DNA of 64,000 nucleotides from NCBI GenBank assembly GCA_963825525.1, contig CAWGTN010000002.1, positions 1,024,001-1,088,000 of the forward strand. The letters run 5' to 3'. Of this stretch, positions 20,201 through 29,100 are shown one piece after another. This stretch comes from an uncultured Chloroflexia bacterium (lineage in GTDB: Bacteria; Chloroflexota; Limnocylindria; QHBO01). Position numbers and translations under genes: made by a program. Under the pieces are notes generated by a model. The model was not told where the DNA came from, did no database searches, and worked only from the letters and a program-made list of their open reading frames with translations. Numbering within the stretch: position 1 is the first letter of the stretch; each line of letters starts with the position of its first letter.

Positions 20201-20337
20201 TCGCTGAAGAAGAGCTCGGACGAAGCGGCGCGGGTCGTCGCAGGGGCGACGAAGGGCACCAGCGCGGCGAGCACCAGCGCGAGCGTCGTGAGGAGCGCGA
20301 AGCCGCGCTGCATGGGCATCGAGACGGTCGTGGACAC
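17299..20337 (-). CDS. Secreted ExeM/NucH family endonuclease (lamin-tail, Ig-like, OB-fold, EEP and C-terminal beta domains)
   Basis: Signal peptide, LFFSEYIEGSSNNKALEIYN (LTD), IHDVQG, ERWEGM, AFNVLNYF, NHLKSKG, GDLNSY, LDH, SSDHDP. Confidence 0.93.
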   Translation of the reverse strand: MSTTVSMPMQRGFALLTTLALVLAALVPFVAPATTRAASSELFFSEYIEGSSNNKALEIYNGTGATIDLAAEAYSVQMYFNGGVTVGTTVNLTGSVANGDVYVLAQSAASAAILAQADQTNGASWYNGDDAVVLRHGTTILDVVGQIGFDPGTEWGTGLTSTADNTLRRKVAIAAGDTNGADAFDPSVEWDGYATDTFNGLGAHTVTQGDAAPVVSVTSPASGATGVTVDANVDITFSEPVNVSGAWFSIGCTSGAHTAVASGGPSTFSLDPDANFVNGDTCTVTVVAANVSDQDVEDPPDAMAADHVFSFSVGTFCAPATHLIHDVQGSGTSTPISGTTVTVQGVVVGDYQGSSPTLRGFFVQEEDADADADPMTSEAIFVFDGTNSVPVAPGDLVSVTGRATEFSGLTQIDQVGTRVTVCDTGYSASPAQITLPVSATGDWERWEGMLASFTQTMTVTENFSLGRFGEVVLSSLGRQYQGTHQAEPGADALAVSDLNARTRIILDDANTSQNADPTRYPTGGLSATNTLRTGASVSGLTAIVHEGFGSYRLQPLGEITFDGAASRPTAPPAVGGRIQVAAFNVLNYFNGDGAGGGFPTARGANTPAEFDRQHAKIVSAIAAMDAEVVGLMEIENDGADATPAIATLVAGLNASVGAGTYDYVRTGVVGTDEIAVAIIYQPAEVSPTGAFAILDSSVDPRFDDTRSRPALAQSFTETATGAVFTVAVNHLKSKGSGCGIGDDQPDHLGGNCNETRTSAAEALADWLLADPTASGDPDAVIIGDLNSYAMETPIDALADAGFHDLLWEFEGPAAYTYVFQGASGYLDHAQATASFQAQVIDAAPWHINTDEPPVLDYNVEFKSANHRTTLYAPDPFRSSDHDPVLVGLNPALHSKVTGGGRITTGSGIASFELSAKYQNQSLVPSGDTTFTLPGMSFVSSNVEWLVAEPDGSAARYAGTGTVNGASGYAYRVSVTDGPDRLAIRIWELATGDVVIDTGAPAAIRNGQIKIHR

Positions 20338-20426
20338 GGGTCAGAGGCCTCCGGCGAGCATGATGGGGTGGTGCTCAACCTTATCGCGGATCGAACCGGT
20401 CACAATGGGATTTCGGTCATTGCCAC

Positions 20427-20654
20427 ATGAAACGATCAGTGCCTCCACCATCCGTCGCAGACTGGCCCGGACTGTGCAGAACCTGTGCACATGCCCACCG
20501 AATCGTCACCGCACGGGGCAGCGAGTTCTGGCGGTGTCGCCTGTCCGATGCCGACGCACGCTTCGCGCGTTACCCCCAGCTGCCGGTCGTTCGCTGCATC
20601 GGACATGCTGCGCCGGAACTTCCCACCGAACGAGGTCGTCTGAACACACCGTGA
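20427..20654 (+). CDS. Small Cys-rich hypothetical protein (putative metal binding)
   Basis: GLCRTC...FWRC...RYPQLPVVRC four-Cys pattern; GTGA overlap with the next gene. Confidence 0.7.
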   Translation: MKRSVPPPSVADWPGLCRTCAHAHRIVTARGSEFWRCRLSDADARFARYPQLPVVRCIGHAAPELPTERGRLNTP

Positions 20655-21100
20655 ACCATCGAAGCTCCACCCCCGTGCTGACGGGCATCGTGGCGGTGTT
20701 CCTCGCAGCGTGCGCCGCGCCCGGCGTCACCATCGATCCGTCATCCCTCGAGTCATTCCCGGCGGCTTCTACGCCCGCCAGCGCCAGCCACGGTGCCAGC
20801 CCGTCAGGAGCCGAGGCTGCCGATGCGCCGACGGGGATCCCGAACGAGGTGTGGACAGCGGTCCTCGACGATCTCAGCCGCCGTCTCCAGCGGCCGGTCA
20901 CCGACCCGGTGGTCACCTCGGCGGAACCCATGACCTGGAATGACGGATCCCTTGGCTGCCCGAAGCCAGGCCAGGTGTACACGCAGGCGCTGGTGGATGG
21001 CTTCCAGGTCGTGGTGGAGGTGGACGGCGAGCAGTTCGACTATCGATCCTCCGGCGGCGACAGCGTTCGCCTGTGCGAGGGCATGATCGAGGGCGGCTGA
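20651..21100 (+). CDS. Hypothetical lipoprotein
   Basis: Lipobox FLAAC; motif TWNDGSLGCPKPGQVYTQALVDGF. Confidence 0.8.
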   Translation: MNHRSSTPVLTGIVAVFLAACAAPGVTIDPSSLESFPAASTPASASHGASPSGAEAADAPTGIPNEVWTAVLDDLSRRLQRPVTDPVVTSAEPMTWNDGSLGCPKPGQVYTQALVDGFQVVVEVDGEQFDYRSSGGDSVRLCEGMIEGG

Positions 21101-21112
21101 CCGGACACAGAA

Positions 21113-21144
21113 AATGCCCCCGCCGGCGGACCGGCGGGGGCATT
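21113..21144 (-). terminator. Intrinsic terminator (possibly bidirectional)
   Basis: Perfect 14-bp stem AATGCCCCCGCCGG-CGGA-CCGGCGGGGGCATT with a U-run on the minus strand. Confidence 0.8.
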
Positions 21145-21173
21145 CCATTTGGACTCCCAGGGGCGTCGGACCG

Positions 21174-24100
21174 CTACTGGCCCGTTCTTGTTCCCCGGAA
21201 CATTGATGAGCTGGACCTCGGCCCCTGCCGCGTCATCGGGTGACACGATCATGACGCCGAGCGGCTTCTGCTTCGCGTAGGCGGTGGCGCTCATCGCCAG
21301 GTCGAAGCTATCGGTGCCACCGGGTGCGACCACCCGGAACGGGAACTCCTCGTCAGAGACCAGGGCCGGGTTCCACGGATCGAAGCGAGCCGTGCCGGAC
21401 ATGGCGTCCGAACCGGCGCCCTCGAGCGAGAAGCTCTGAACGCTATACGAGAAGCCGTTGTTCGCCGCAGTCAGGCCGAGATCGCTCGACAGCACGGGCA
21501 GCAGGTACGTGCTGCTGTCTGTCGGCGCCGACGCCCCGAACCCGGTGAACGACAGACCTCCCGTTGCCAGGTCGAGCACGAACGACGCCGGGATGCCGTT
21601 GAAGCTTCCCGTCGTGAGCGCGCCCAGGTCGAAGCCGATCACGACGTAGTCGGGCTGGCCATCTCCGTTGACGTCCACGATGACGTCGTACTCGTTGACG
21701 GCCGCGTTCGACCAACGGTCATGGGTGCTCAGCGCGAATACGATGAGCTCCTCGCCACCACCCAGGTCGAATGACTGGACGCCGGCCGCCTGCAGGTCGT
21801 AGCCCGAGCCTCCGAGCACTGCCTCGTTGACGTCGTTCTTGTCCTGCAGACCCCACTGGTACACGTCTGCCGAGCCGGCGATCACGCCGTTCGGATTCGT
21901 CACCGTGAACGTGGAGGCCTTGCCGTTCGCCGTGAGCTTGCCGGTCGTCTCGATGGTCGACAGTGCTCGCGGAACGAGCAGGTACGGAACACGCAGGGTG
22001 ACCGCGTCATTCGAGAGCACCACGTTGCCGCTCACCTGCCGGAAACCGGCAGAGTTGCCCGCCGAGGCGGCCGGGACATTGAGGGTCACCGCCAGGGTGA
22101 CCTCGCCGCCCGCCGGGACGAGCACGCTGCCCGACCCCGGGACCACCGAGTGCGTCCGGCTCCCCGGGCCGGCGACTGACGACGTGTTCAACGTGACGTC
22201 GGCGTCGCTGACGTTGCGCACGGTGATCTCGCGAGTCTCGCTGTGGTTCGCTCCCAGCTCATCGAACCCGAAGCTCAGGTTCGAATTGTGGAAGTCAGCA
22301 AGGCCGAGGTCCGGATTGCCGGCGACCATGTCGCCCAGTGCCACGACGGGCGTCGAGATCGCCGATGCCGGCGATACCAGCCCGGTTCCGGCTCGGGTAA
22401 CGAGGTATCCGGCCATTGCGTTCGGATCTCCCGTATTCGAGATGGCCGCCTTGACCTCCTCGACCGTCCAATCCGGATGTGCCTGGCGGACGAGGGCCGC
22501 GACACCCGCCACGTGCGGCGAGGCCATGGACGTGCCCGACAGGATGTGGCCCTTGGTACCGGTGCCGGCGGCCGTGGACATCGTGCTCACACCCGGAGCT
22601 GAAATGTCCGGCTTGAGCGCGCTGTCCCCGTTGCGGGGGCCGCCGGAGCTGAAGCTGGCGAACCCGCGGAAGCCGGGGTTCGGAAGGTCGACGATCGTCG
22701 TGGTCGCCGTTGCCGCGGCACGCAGGGCCGTTGCATCGGCGCTGTTGAGCGGACCCTGGACGCCGAGGAACGGAATCGTCACCTCGAACGTCTCGCCGGT
22801 GTCCGGGTTGCCGGCGATCGGCCCCTCGTACGGCGGGTAGCCGGCGCTCGAGTTGATCATGGCGACCGCATCGGCCCCGGCCTGCTGGCCGAACACCGCG
22901 CGGGCGACGCGGGCGCACGTTCCGCGCTCGGTCACCGCCAGGACGTTGTCGTCGCCCTCGCTGATCCCGTTACTGGTGAATGCCTCGACCGAGCAGCCGA
23001 GACGCTCGTTCTCCGCGGTTCCCGCAACATCCTGCAGCACCACGATGTCGTACACCGTGCCGTCCGCCGGAGCGACACCGTTGGCCGCGAGGGCCACGAT
23101 GCTGGTGCCGGTATTCAGCGCCAGCTGGACGCCGGTGAAGTTCTCGGTGCTATCGACCGCCGCGGTGGAAATGGCACCGGTGCCGGTTCCGGGCGAGCCG
23201 GTGATGTACTGCGACGAGCCGCTGTTGCCGGCCGACGTCACCACGATGACACCGCTGGCCGCGGCATTCGTCGAGGCAACGGCCGACGGGTCGTCGCCGC
23301 GCCCGAACGAGGACCCGAGCGACATGTTGATGACGTCCATGTCGTGATCAACGGCCCATTCGATGGCCTCGACGGTCACGTCCGTCGAACCATCGCAGCC
23401 GAAGACCCGAAGGCCGTAGAGCTCGGCCTGCGGCGCGACGCCGGGACCGATCTCGAAATCGTTGTCGTGAGTCGTGCTGTCGTACGGCCCGGCATACGTC
23501 GATCCGTCATCGAGCACGCCGAAGCCGGTCGCCGTCCCTGAGACGTGGGATCCGTGGCCGCTGCTGCCATCGGTGTAGACGCAGTCGAGCGGATCTGGGT
23601 CGGGATGCGGGATCAGCTGTGGCGATCCCTCGTCAGCGGCGGCGTCGTAGTCGTCGCCGACGAAGTCGTATCCGCCCTTGACCTTCGGAGCCGCGGCGCC
23701 GAACCAGGCGGCATCCTCCGCTCCGAGCGTCGTGTCGGCCGCATTGGCGGCCTCGTAGGCCTCGACCGTGCCCGGGCCACCGAAGTTGGCGTGGGTGTAG
23801 TCGACGCCGGTGTCGATGACGGCGATCTTGACGCCGGTCCCGGTGTAGCCGAGATCCTCCCAGACTCCGGCCGGAACGCCGAGGAAGGGAACGCTGGATT
23901 CGTTGCCGGGAGTCTGCAGCTGCAGTCCGCGCACGGCGATCACGTTTGGAAGGCCGGCCAGCGCCGCGACGTCCTTGCGCGCGACCTGGACCTTGATGCC
24001 GTTATAGGCGGACTGAAGCTGAGCGAGGACGCGGCCACCGTTGGCATTGATCTGGCCCTTGATGGCGTCCTGTCGGCCCTTCAGCTCGGCCTTGATCCGG

Positions 24101-24354
24101 GCGCGCTCGGCCTTGGAGAGCTCGCGATTCTTTGCGCGAGACTCGACGACCGCGACCGGGTCGCCACGGAGCTCGAGCATCACGTTGATGATGCGAGCGT
24201 CATCGACGGCGTTCGGAAGGATGTCGGGATCGATGGGGCCGGCGCCCGGCAGGGTGGGGAAGAATCGGTCGATCTGGGATGGGTCACGCGCCAGGGTGGT
24301 GCTCGGAATGAGGAGCGCCAACAGGGTCACGATGACCGTCAATCGTCGTAACAC
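21174..24354 (-). CDS. Secreted S8 subtilase (I9 propeptide, PA domain, Fn3-like C-terminal region)
   Basis: GGAGG RBS plus GTG at 24354, signal peptide, IAVIDTGVD, GHGSHVSG, SGTSMASPHVAG. The true stop is probably TAG at 21174-21176 (1-nt slip), otherwise the frame reads through the terminator to 21040. Confidence 0.9.
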
Positions 24355-24569
24355 GAATTCGGAAACCTCCGCTCGGGCAGGGAACAATTGCTCGACCGCA
24401 GGGCGGTCGATTGCGGAACAGGTCGATCCGAAACTGGGTCGATAGGCGACGTCCCCCGTGCAGGCTCGACCGAGCCAGGGCGTAGGCAAGGGTGAGGCGG
24501 TCGATGCTAGTCCCGCCGCTTCCGGCGCGTCAAATCTATGACGACCGTGGACGATCCACCGCGTTGACC

Positions 24570-25469
24570 CTATGCACCACCAAGCAGGCAACCGATCAAG
24601 CGAGTCACGGTCAGCGCCGAGAGCTGGTTGACGTCCCGATCGGGGACGAGCTCGGTGAACACGGCCCCGACCACGCGGTCGCGAACGCCGGCAAGGAGGT
24701 CCCACGCCTCGGGGTAGGTCAGGCCACCCGGCGTCAGTGCCGAAACAGCCGGTATGACCGAGGGGTCCATCCCGTCGCAGTCGAAGCTCACGAAGACCGA
24801 TGCGTCCGGCGGGCACATGCTCGAGCACCCAGGCGATGCCCCGCTCGCGAACATCCCGCGCGGTGATCAGCAGGTTGCCGGCGGCACGCGCCGCCTCGAC
24901 GTCCTCGCCGCGCGCCGACCCGACGCCCCGCAGGCCGACCTGGATGATGCGGGCCACGTGGTCCATCTCGGACGCGCGACGCATCGGCGACGAGTAGCCC
25001 TCGCGCACCCCGTCAACTTCGTCCCGGAAGTCGAGGTGGGCGTCGACCTGCAGGATCGTCAGCGGTCCGCGGTTCGCGAACGCGCGGAGGATCGGGATCG
25101 GGACGGAGTCGTCACCGCCCAGGCAGATCGGCATCGCGCCGCGGTCGAGGATGGCGGCCACGGCCTCGGTGATCCGCGCGCTGTTTCCCGGGCCGTCATC
25201 GGCGGCACCGGGGACGTCGCCGGCATCGGTGAACGGGCGCGGGCGCACGGCGCATCGGCGTCGAAGTCCCAGTGATCGAGGAAGCGGGCAAGGCCCGCAG
25301 CGCGGTCGCGGATCGCGGCGGGGGCATCGGCGCATCCGACGGTCGCGCCCGGGCTCGGGTAGGGCCATCCGAAGGGAACGCCGAGCACCGCGATCCCCGG
25401 CTCGAGGCGATCGAGGTCGGTCTCGATGGGCGCACCGAGGAATCCCACGTCGGGGCGGTTCGTTCTCAC
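24570..25469 (-). CDS. Agmatinase/arginase-family ureohydrolase (two frameshifts, about 25250 and 24810)
   Basis: Motifs split over three frames: LGVPFG..P.AIR; LGGDDS, VDAHLD, QVGLRG; SFDCDGMDP..TPGGL..ELVP. Confidence 0.82.
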
Positions 25470-25481
25470 GGAGGCAGCCTA

Positions 25482-25931
25482 TCAGCCGGCGGTGGCGCAC
25501 TCGCGACAGCGGCCGACCAGCGTGACGTGGCCGATGTCGATCTCGAACCCATCGTCCGCACGCAGGGCGTTCGCCACGGCATCGCCGCGTTCAGCGTCGA
25601 TCTCCCAGCTCCGCCCGCACTCGGCGCAGTGCAGGTGTCCGTGCTCGTCGAGCGGCCGGACGTGGAACTCCTCGTGGCCATCGGGTCCATGGCCGTGGCG
25701 GAGCAGCCCAAGCTCCTCGAGGACATCAAGCGTCCGATACACGGTCGAGGCGATCGTCTTCGCGTCGCGAGCCCGACAGCGTTCGAGCAGCTCCGCGCCG
25801 GAGATGTGGCCGTCGGCGCGTGCCAGCACCTCGATCACGGTTCGGCGCTGCGGCGTCCAGCGCAGGCCCCGAGCTCGCAGTCGTTCACCGACGGAATCCC
25901 ACGGTGCGGGGAGTGATTCGGTCGCGTCCAT
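25482..25931 (-). CDS. Fur-family metalloregulator (Nur/Zur-like)
   Basis: GLRWTPQRR, STVYRTL, HGHLHCAEC, GRCREC; divergent from a Ni/Co transporter. Confidence 0.9.
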   Translation of the reverse strand: MDATESLPAPWDSVGERLRARGLRWTPQRRTVIEVLARADGHISGAELLERCRARDAKTIASTVYRTLDVLEELGLLRHGHGPDGHEEFHVRPLDEHGHLHCAECGRSWEIDAERGDAVANALRADDGFEIDIGHVTLVGRCRECATAG

Positions 25932-25955
25932 TGCCCGTAGTCTATGCTGATCGCC

Positions 25956-25979
25956 GTTGTTGCAAGCCGTTGCAATAGC
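25956..25979. promoter_or_regulatory. Candidate Fur-family operator TTGCAA-N4-TTGCAA
   Basis: GTTGTTGCAAGCCGTTGCAATAGC imperfect palindrome, AT-rich, between the divergent fur and transporter genes. Confidence 0.65.
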
Positions 25980-26014
25980 CTTGTCCCCCACCGATCGACT
26001 CGACGGGAGTGCCG

Positions 26015-26818
26015 ATGTCTCAGCTCCTCGCCCTGGCCGGATTCGGATTTCTGCTCGGCATGCGCCACGCGACCGATGCCGATCACGTCATCGCCGTGAC
26101 CACGATCCTCAACCGCAGCCGACGGTTCGCGCACACGACGCTCATCGGCGCTCTGTGGGGATTGGGCCACACGATCACCGTCGTCATCGTGGGCGTGCTG
26201 ATCATCGCGTTCAACGTCGTCATCCCGCCGCCGGTCGGGCTGGCCATGGAGTTTGCCGTGGCGCTCATGCTCATCGGGCTCGGCATCCTGAACCTCACCG
26301 GCGGGATGCGGGCATTCACCGAGCGCCTCACGCCGCCGGCCCCGATCCATGGCCATGAGCATGAGCACGTCCATGCCCACGATGACGAGCCATCAGACCA
26401 CGCCCACGGGCATGCCCACCTCCATGGACACGGCACCGATCCGCACCTCGGTGGGCCGGCAGGCATCGTCGCCACCTTCGGCTGGTATCAGCTGCTGCGG
26501 CCCGTGGTCGTTGGCCTGGTGCACGGTCTGGCGGGCAGCGCGGCCGTGGCGCTCCTGGTGCTTGCCACCATCGAGGACACCGGCACCGCGATCGGCTACC
26601 TCGTGATCTTCTGCATTGGCGTGGCCGCCGGGATGGCCGCACTGACCACCGTCATCGGCCTTCCGTTCTGGGTGGCGCGCGCGCGGTCCCAGCAGATCAA
26701 CCGATGGCTGACCCTCGGCTCCGGAATCCTGTCACTGGCGTTCGGGATCTACCTGGGCTACCAGATCGGGATCGTCGACGGCCTGTTCACCGGCAACTTC
26801 CAGTGGGATCCCGCCTGA
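26015..26818 (+). CDS. High-affinity nickel/cobalt transporter (HoxN/UreH-like)
   Basis: GMRHATDADH, WGLGH, His-rich loop, GLVHGLAGSAA. Confidence 0.88.
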   Translation: MSQLLALAGFGFLLGMRHATDADHVIAVTTILNRSRRFAHTTLIGALWGLGHTITVVIVGVLIIAFNVVIPPPVGLAMEFAVALMLIGLGILNLTGGMRAFTERLTPPAPIHGHEHEHVHAHDDEPSDHAHGHAHLHGHGTDPHLGGPAGIVATFGWYQLLRPVVVGLVHGLAGSAAVALLVLATIEDTGTAIGYLVIFCIGVAAGMAALTTVIGLPFWVARARSQQINRWLTLGSGILSLAFGIYLGYQIGIVDGLFTGNFQWDPA

Positions 26819-26837
26819 GCCCTGGTGCCTGGGGCGG

Positions 26838-27332
26838 TCAACCCGGACTGCGGGTGAACCAGCTGCCGGAGACCGCGAGCACGTAGATCACGAACGCGTT
26901 GGCCGCGACGAGCGCAAGGTTGAGGACGGCACCGTCCGAGCTCCCGAGGCCCCCGAGGGCCAGGAGACCGGCGATGGCCGCAACGACGATCCCGGTGATC
27001 CGCGCCCAGCTCGCGCCGGAGAGCACCTTGATGCCGGACACGAGCTGCAGTGCGCCGAAGCCCACCACGATGATCACGACCACGAAGATCGCCCCGGCAA
27101 ACGCGCCGAAGGCGGAGCCGAGGCCCGGCAGGTCCGTCTGAGACGCCGCGCCACCGGCGGCCCCGGCAAAGATCGCGACCCCGAGCAGAAGGATGACTCC
27201 GATGAGCAGCGTGATCGCCCCGAGCACGATGAGCGTCACGCCCGCTGCGGTGACCAGTCCTGGCCGGCCTCCGGTGGCCGGCATGGCGTTGGAAACGGGT
27301 GATGGCGTCGGCGGGGGCATGGACTCGGTCAC
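26838..27332 (-). CDS. Hypothetical 4-TM membrane protein
   Basis: GGAGGA RBS plus GTG; Pro-rich N-terminus, RPGLVTAA and WARITG, four hydrophobic segments. Confidence 0.75.
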   Translation of the reverse strand: MTESMPPPTPSPVSNAMPATGGRPGLVTAAGVTLIVLGAITLLIGVILLLGVAIFAGAAGGAASQTDLPGLGSAFGAFAGAIFVVVIIVVGFGALQLVSGIKVLSGASWARITGIVVAAIAGLLALGGLGSSDGAVLNLALVAANAFVIYVLAVSGSWFTRSPG

Positions 27333-27468
27333 GGATCTGGTCCTCCACACGTGATCGGGCGGTCTCGGTGCCGCCCGTTCGGTTGAGTCTACCGGGCGCT
27401 TGTCCGCCACACGGCCATGCCGCTGCGAGCACGACCCGGGGCGTCGTCTGGCGCCCCGGGCCGGTCCC

Positions 27469-28242
27469 TCAGTCGCGAACGCCCTCCGCCACCGGATAGC
27501 TGATCTCGAGCGGCTTTCCGGTCTCGAGCAGCGTCTTCATGCTCGACAGGATCGGCACCCAGCCGTGGGCAACCGACTTGTACGTCTCGGTCTCGGACTC
27601 GAAACCATCGTGGACGAGGGTCAGCAGCGAGGTCTCGCCACGAGCCTCGATCGACCAGGTGCATCGGCTTGACTCGTCGCTGCCGGGGAAGCCGAAGGTG
27701 TGGACGAGCTTGTTCGGCGGATCGGCCTCCATCACCTCGCACGAGATGGCGACGCTGCCGTCCGGGTTGCGATAGGTCAGCGGTGAGCCGGGTTTCCAAT
27801 CGGACTCGACGCTGTTGCTGTAGTAGTACTGCTTCGTGAACTCGGACTCGGTCAGCGCCTGCCACACCTGCTCGGGCTTGGCGGCGATGTAGACCTCGAA
27901 GACGTGCTTGAGATCGGTCATGGGTCGTTTCTCCACGCTGTACTTGATGTCCGCCATCGTGTTGACCAGGGGCTCCGCGTAGCGGCTGATCCAGCGGTCG
28001 GCGATGAGGCGGATGGGAACCGGGTTGAGGAAGTGGAGCTTTCGGCGGCCGTCGCGGCGGGTCGTGACGAGGTGCGCATCCTCGAGCACCCGCAGGTGCT
28101 TCATGACGCCGAAGCGGGTCATCTGGGGCAGCGCTTCCTCCAGGTCACCCAGCGTCAATCCGTCCTGCTCGCGAAGCCGATCCAGGAGCCTGCGCCGATG
28201 CGGATCGGCGAGCGCCCGGAATGCAGCCTCCAGCTCTTCCAT
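27469..28242 (-). CDS. ArsR-family HTH regulator fused to an SRPBCC (AHA1-like) domain
   Basis: AFRALADPHRRRLLDRL..MTRFGVMKHLRVLE..LNPVPI; then VYIAAKPEQVWQALT..GWVPILSSMKTLLETG. Confidence 0.92.
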   Translation of the reverse strand: MEELEAAFRALADPHRRRLLDRLREQDGLTLGDLEEALPQMTRFGVMKHLRVLEDAHLVTTRRDGRRKLHFLNPVPIRLIADRWISRYAEPLVNTMADIKYSVEKRPMTDLKHVFEVYIAAKPEQVWQALTESEFTKQYYYSNSVESDWKPGSPLTYRNPDGSVAISCEVMEADPPNKLVHTFGFPGSDESSRCTWSIEARGETSLLTLVHDGFESETETYKSVAHGWVPILSSMKTLLETGKPLEISYPVAEGVRD

Positions 28243-28249
28243 GCCGGCG

Positions 28250-28279
28250 ACTATAGGTGACCGTGTGGTCACGTGTCAA
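28250..28279 (-). promoter_or_regulatory. Sigma70-type promoter with a palindromic operator in the spacer
   Basis: TTGACA-18nt-TATAGT, 7 nt before the ATG; the spacer holds GTGACC-N4-GGTCAC (28257-28272). Confidence 0.8.
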
Positions 28280-28316
28280 TCCAGCCGGTGGGCCGCCTCG
28301 CGCGCCTCGCATGCCT

Positions 28317-28546
28317 GCCAAATTCATCCCACATGCACACGCCACGACCAACGTGGGCGAATCTTCGCCACCCTGCAGCCCGAACGCTGCAGGTGGCAAG
28401 GTCTGGCCAGCTCCCCGCGCCGCATGCGCGGGCCACATGAATCTGGCGAAATCCGGCCGGTACCCGGGCCCGTTCGACGAACCTCAGCTCGTCGGGATCG
28501 GCGCTCCACGGGCAATCACCTTGACCGGGCGCTATCCGGGACCGAC
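28317..28546. other. Highly structured intergenic element (nested palindromes plus a three-way junction); candidate ncRNA or REP-like element
   Basis: Several stems found by eye, e.g. GCCAAATTCAT/ATGAATCTGGC, CCTGCAGC/GCTGCAGG, CCCGCGC/GCGCGGG, TTCGACGA/TCGTCGGG. Confidence 0.4.
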
Positions 28547-28589
28547 GATGTGACGAGCGGCTCCAGCCAGCCGCAGTGGAGGGACGACA

Positions 28590-29051
28590 ATGGAGCGAGA
28601 AGCCTCAGCTCAATCTCGCCGCAATCCGACCTCGGTGAAGGCTTGGTGGATCGTAGCGGCCATCGTCGCAGCGATCCTCCTCCTCGGCGTGTTGCCGTGG
28701 CGCCTGACGGGCCAGCACGTCAATCTCGTGGTGGTGAACGAGTCCGGCCGGCCGGTGCAGTTCCAATGGCAGCCGGGCCTGTTCCTCGAGAAGGCGTCCG
28801 TGACCCGGAATGGCTGCGAGTCCAGTTCGATGGATCTTCAGGCGGGACTGGAATGGAGCCTGACCGCGGACGACGGCGCGACGGTTCTCGACTCTGCGGC
28901 AGTCGAGGTTCCGCTCTTCACCGAGCGAGTCCTCGTCGAGGTTCGGCTCAGTGAGCAGGGCGATGTCAGCATCGGCCCGCCGCGATCCGTCGACACGCCG
29001 ATCGACGCACCCGATTTGGACTGCGTGGGCAACACTGCAGCGGAGGGCTGA
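28590..29051 (+). CDS. Hypothetical membrane-anchored protein
   Basis: GGAGG RBS, N-terminal TM segment, beta-rich C-terminal domain. Confidence 0.65.
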   Translation: MEREASAQSRRNPTSVKAWWIVAAIVAAILLLGVLPWRLTGQHVNLVVVNESGRPVQFQWQPGLFLEKASVTRNGCESSSMDLQAGLEWSLTADDGATVLDSAAVEVPLFTERVLVEVRLSEQGDVSIGPPRSVDTPIDAPDLDCVGNTAAEG

Positions 29052-29100
29052 TGAGGCGGCCGTGCCACCGGTCTCGCCGCCACTCCCCGCGACGAGTCGA

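Noticed and set aside
21040-25500. 1486-aa ORF appearing to fuse an arginase-like segment to a subtilase
   Set aside because: Chance read-through: the subtilase has its own promoter, RBS and signal peptide at 24354, and the arginase segment is the middle frame of a frameshifted separate gene.
28460-28546. c-di-GMP-II riboswitch (CACCTTGA...ACCGAC words) or a true 5S rRNA gene
   Set aside because: The pseudoknot partner and other conserved elements were not found, and the element is too short and lacks the 5S loop C sequence; retained only as an unknown structured candidate.
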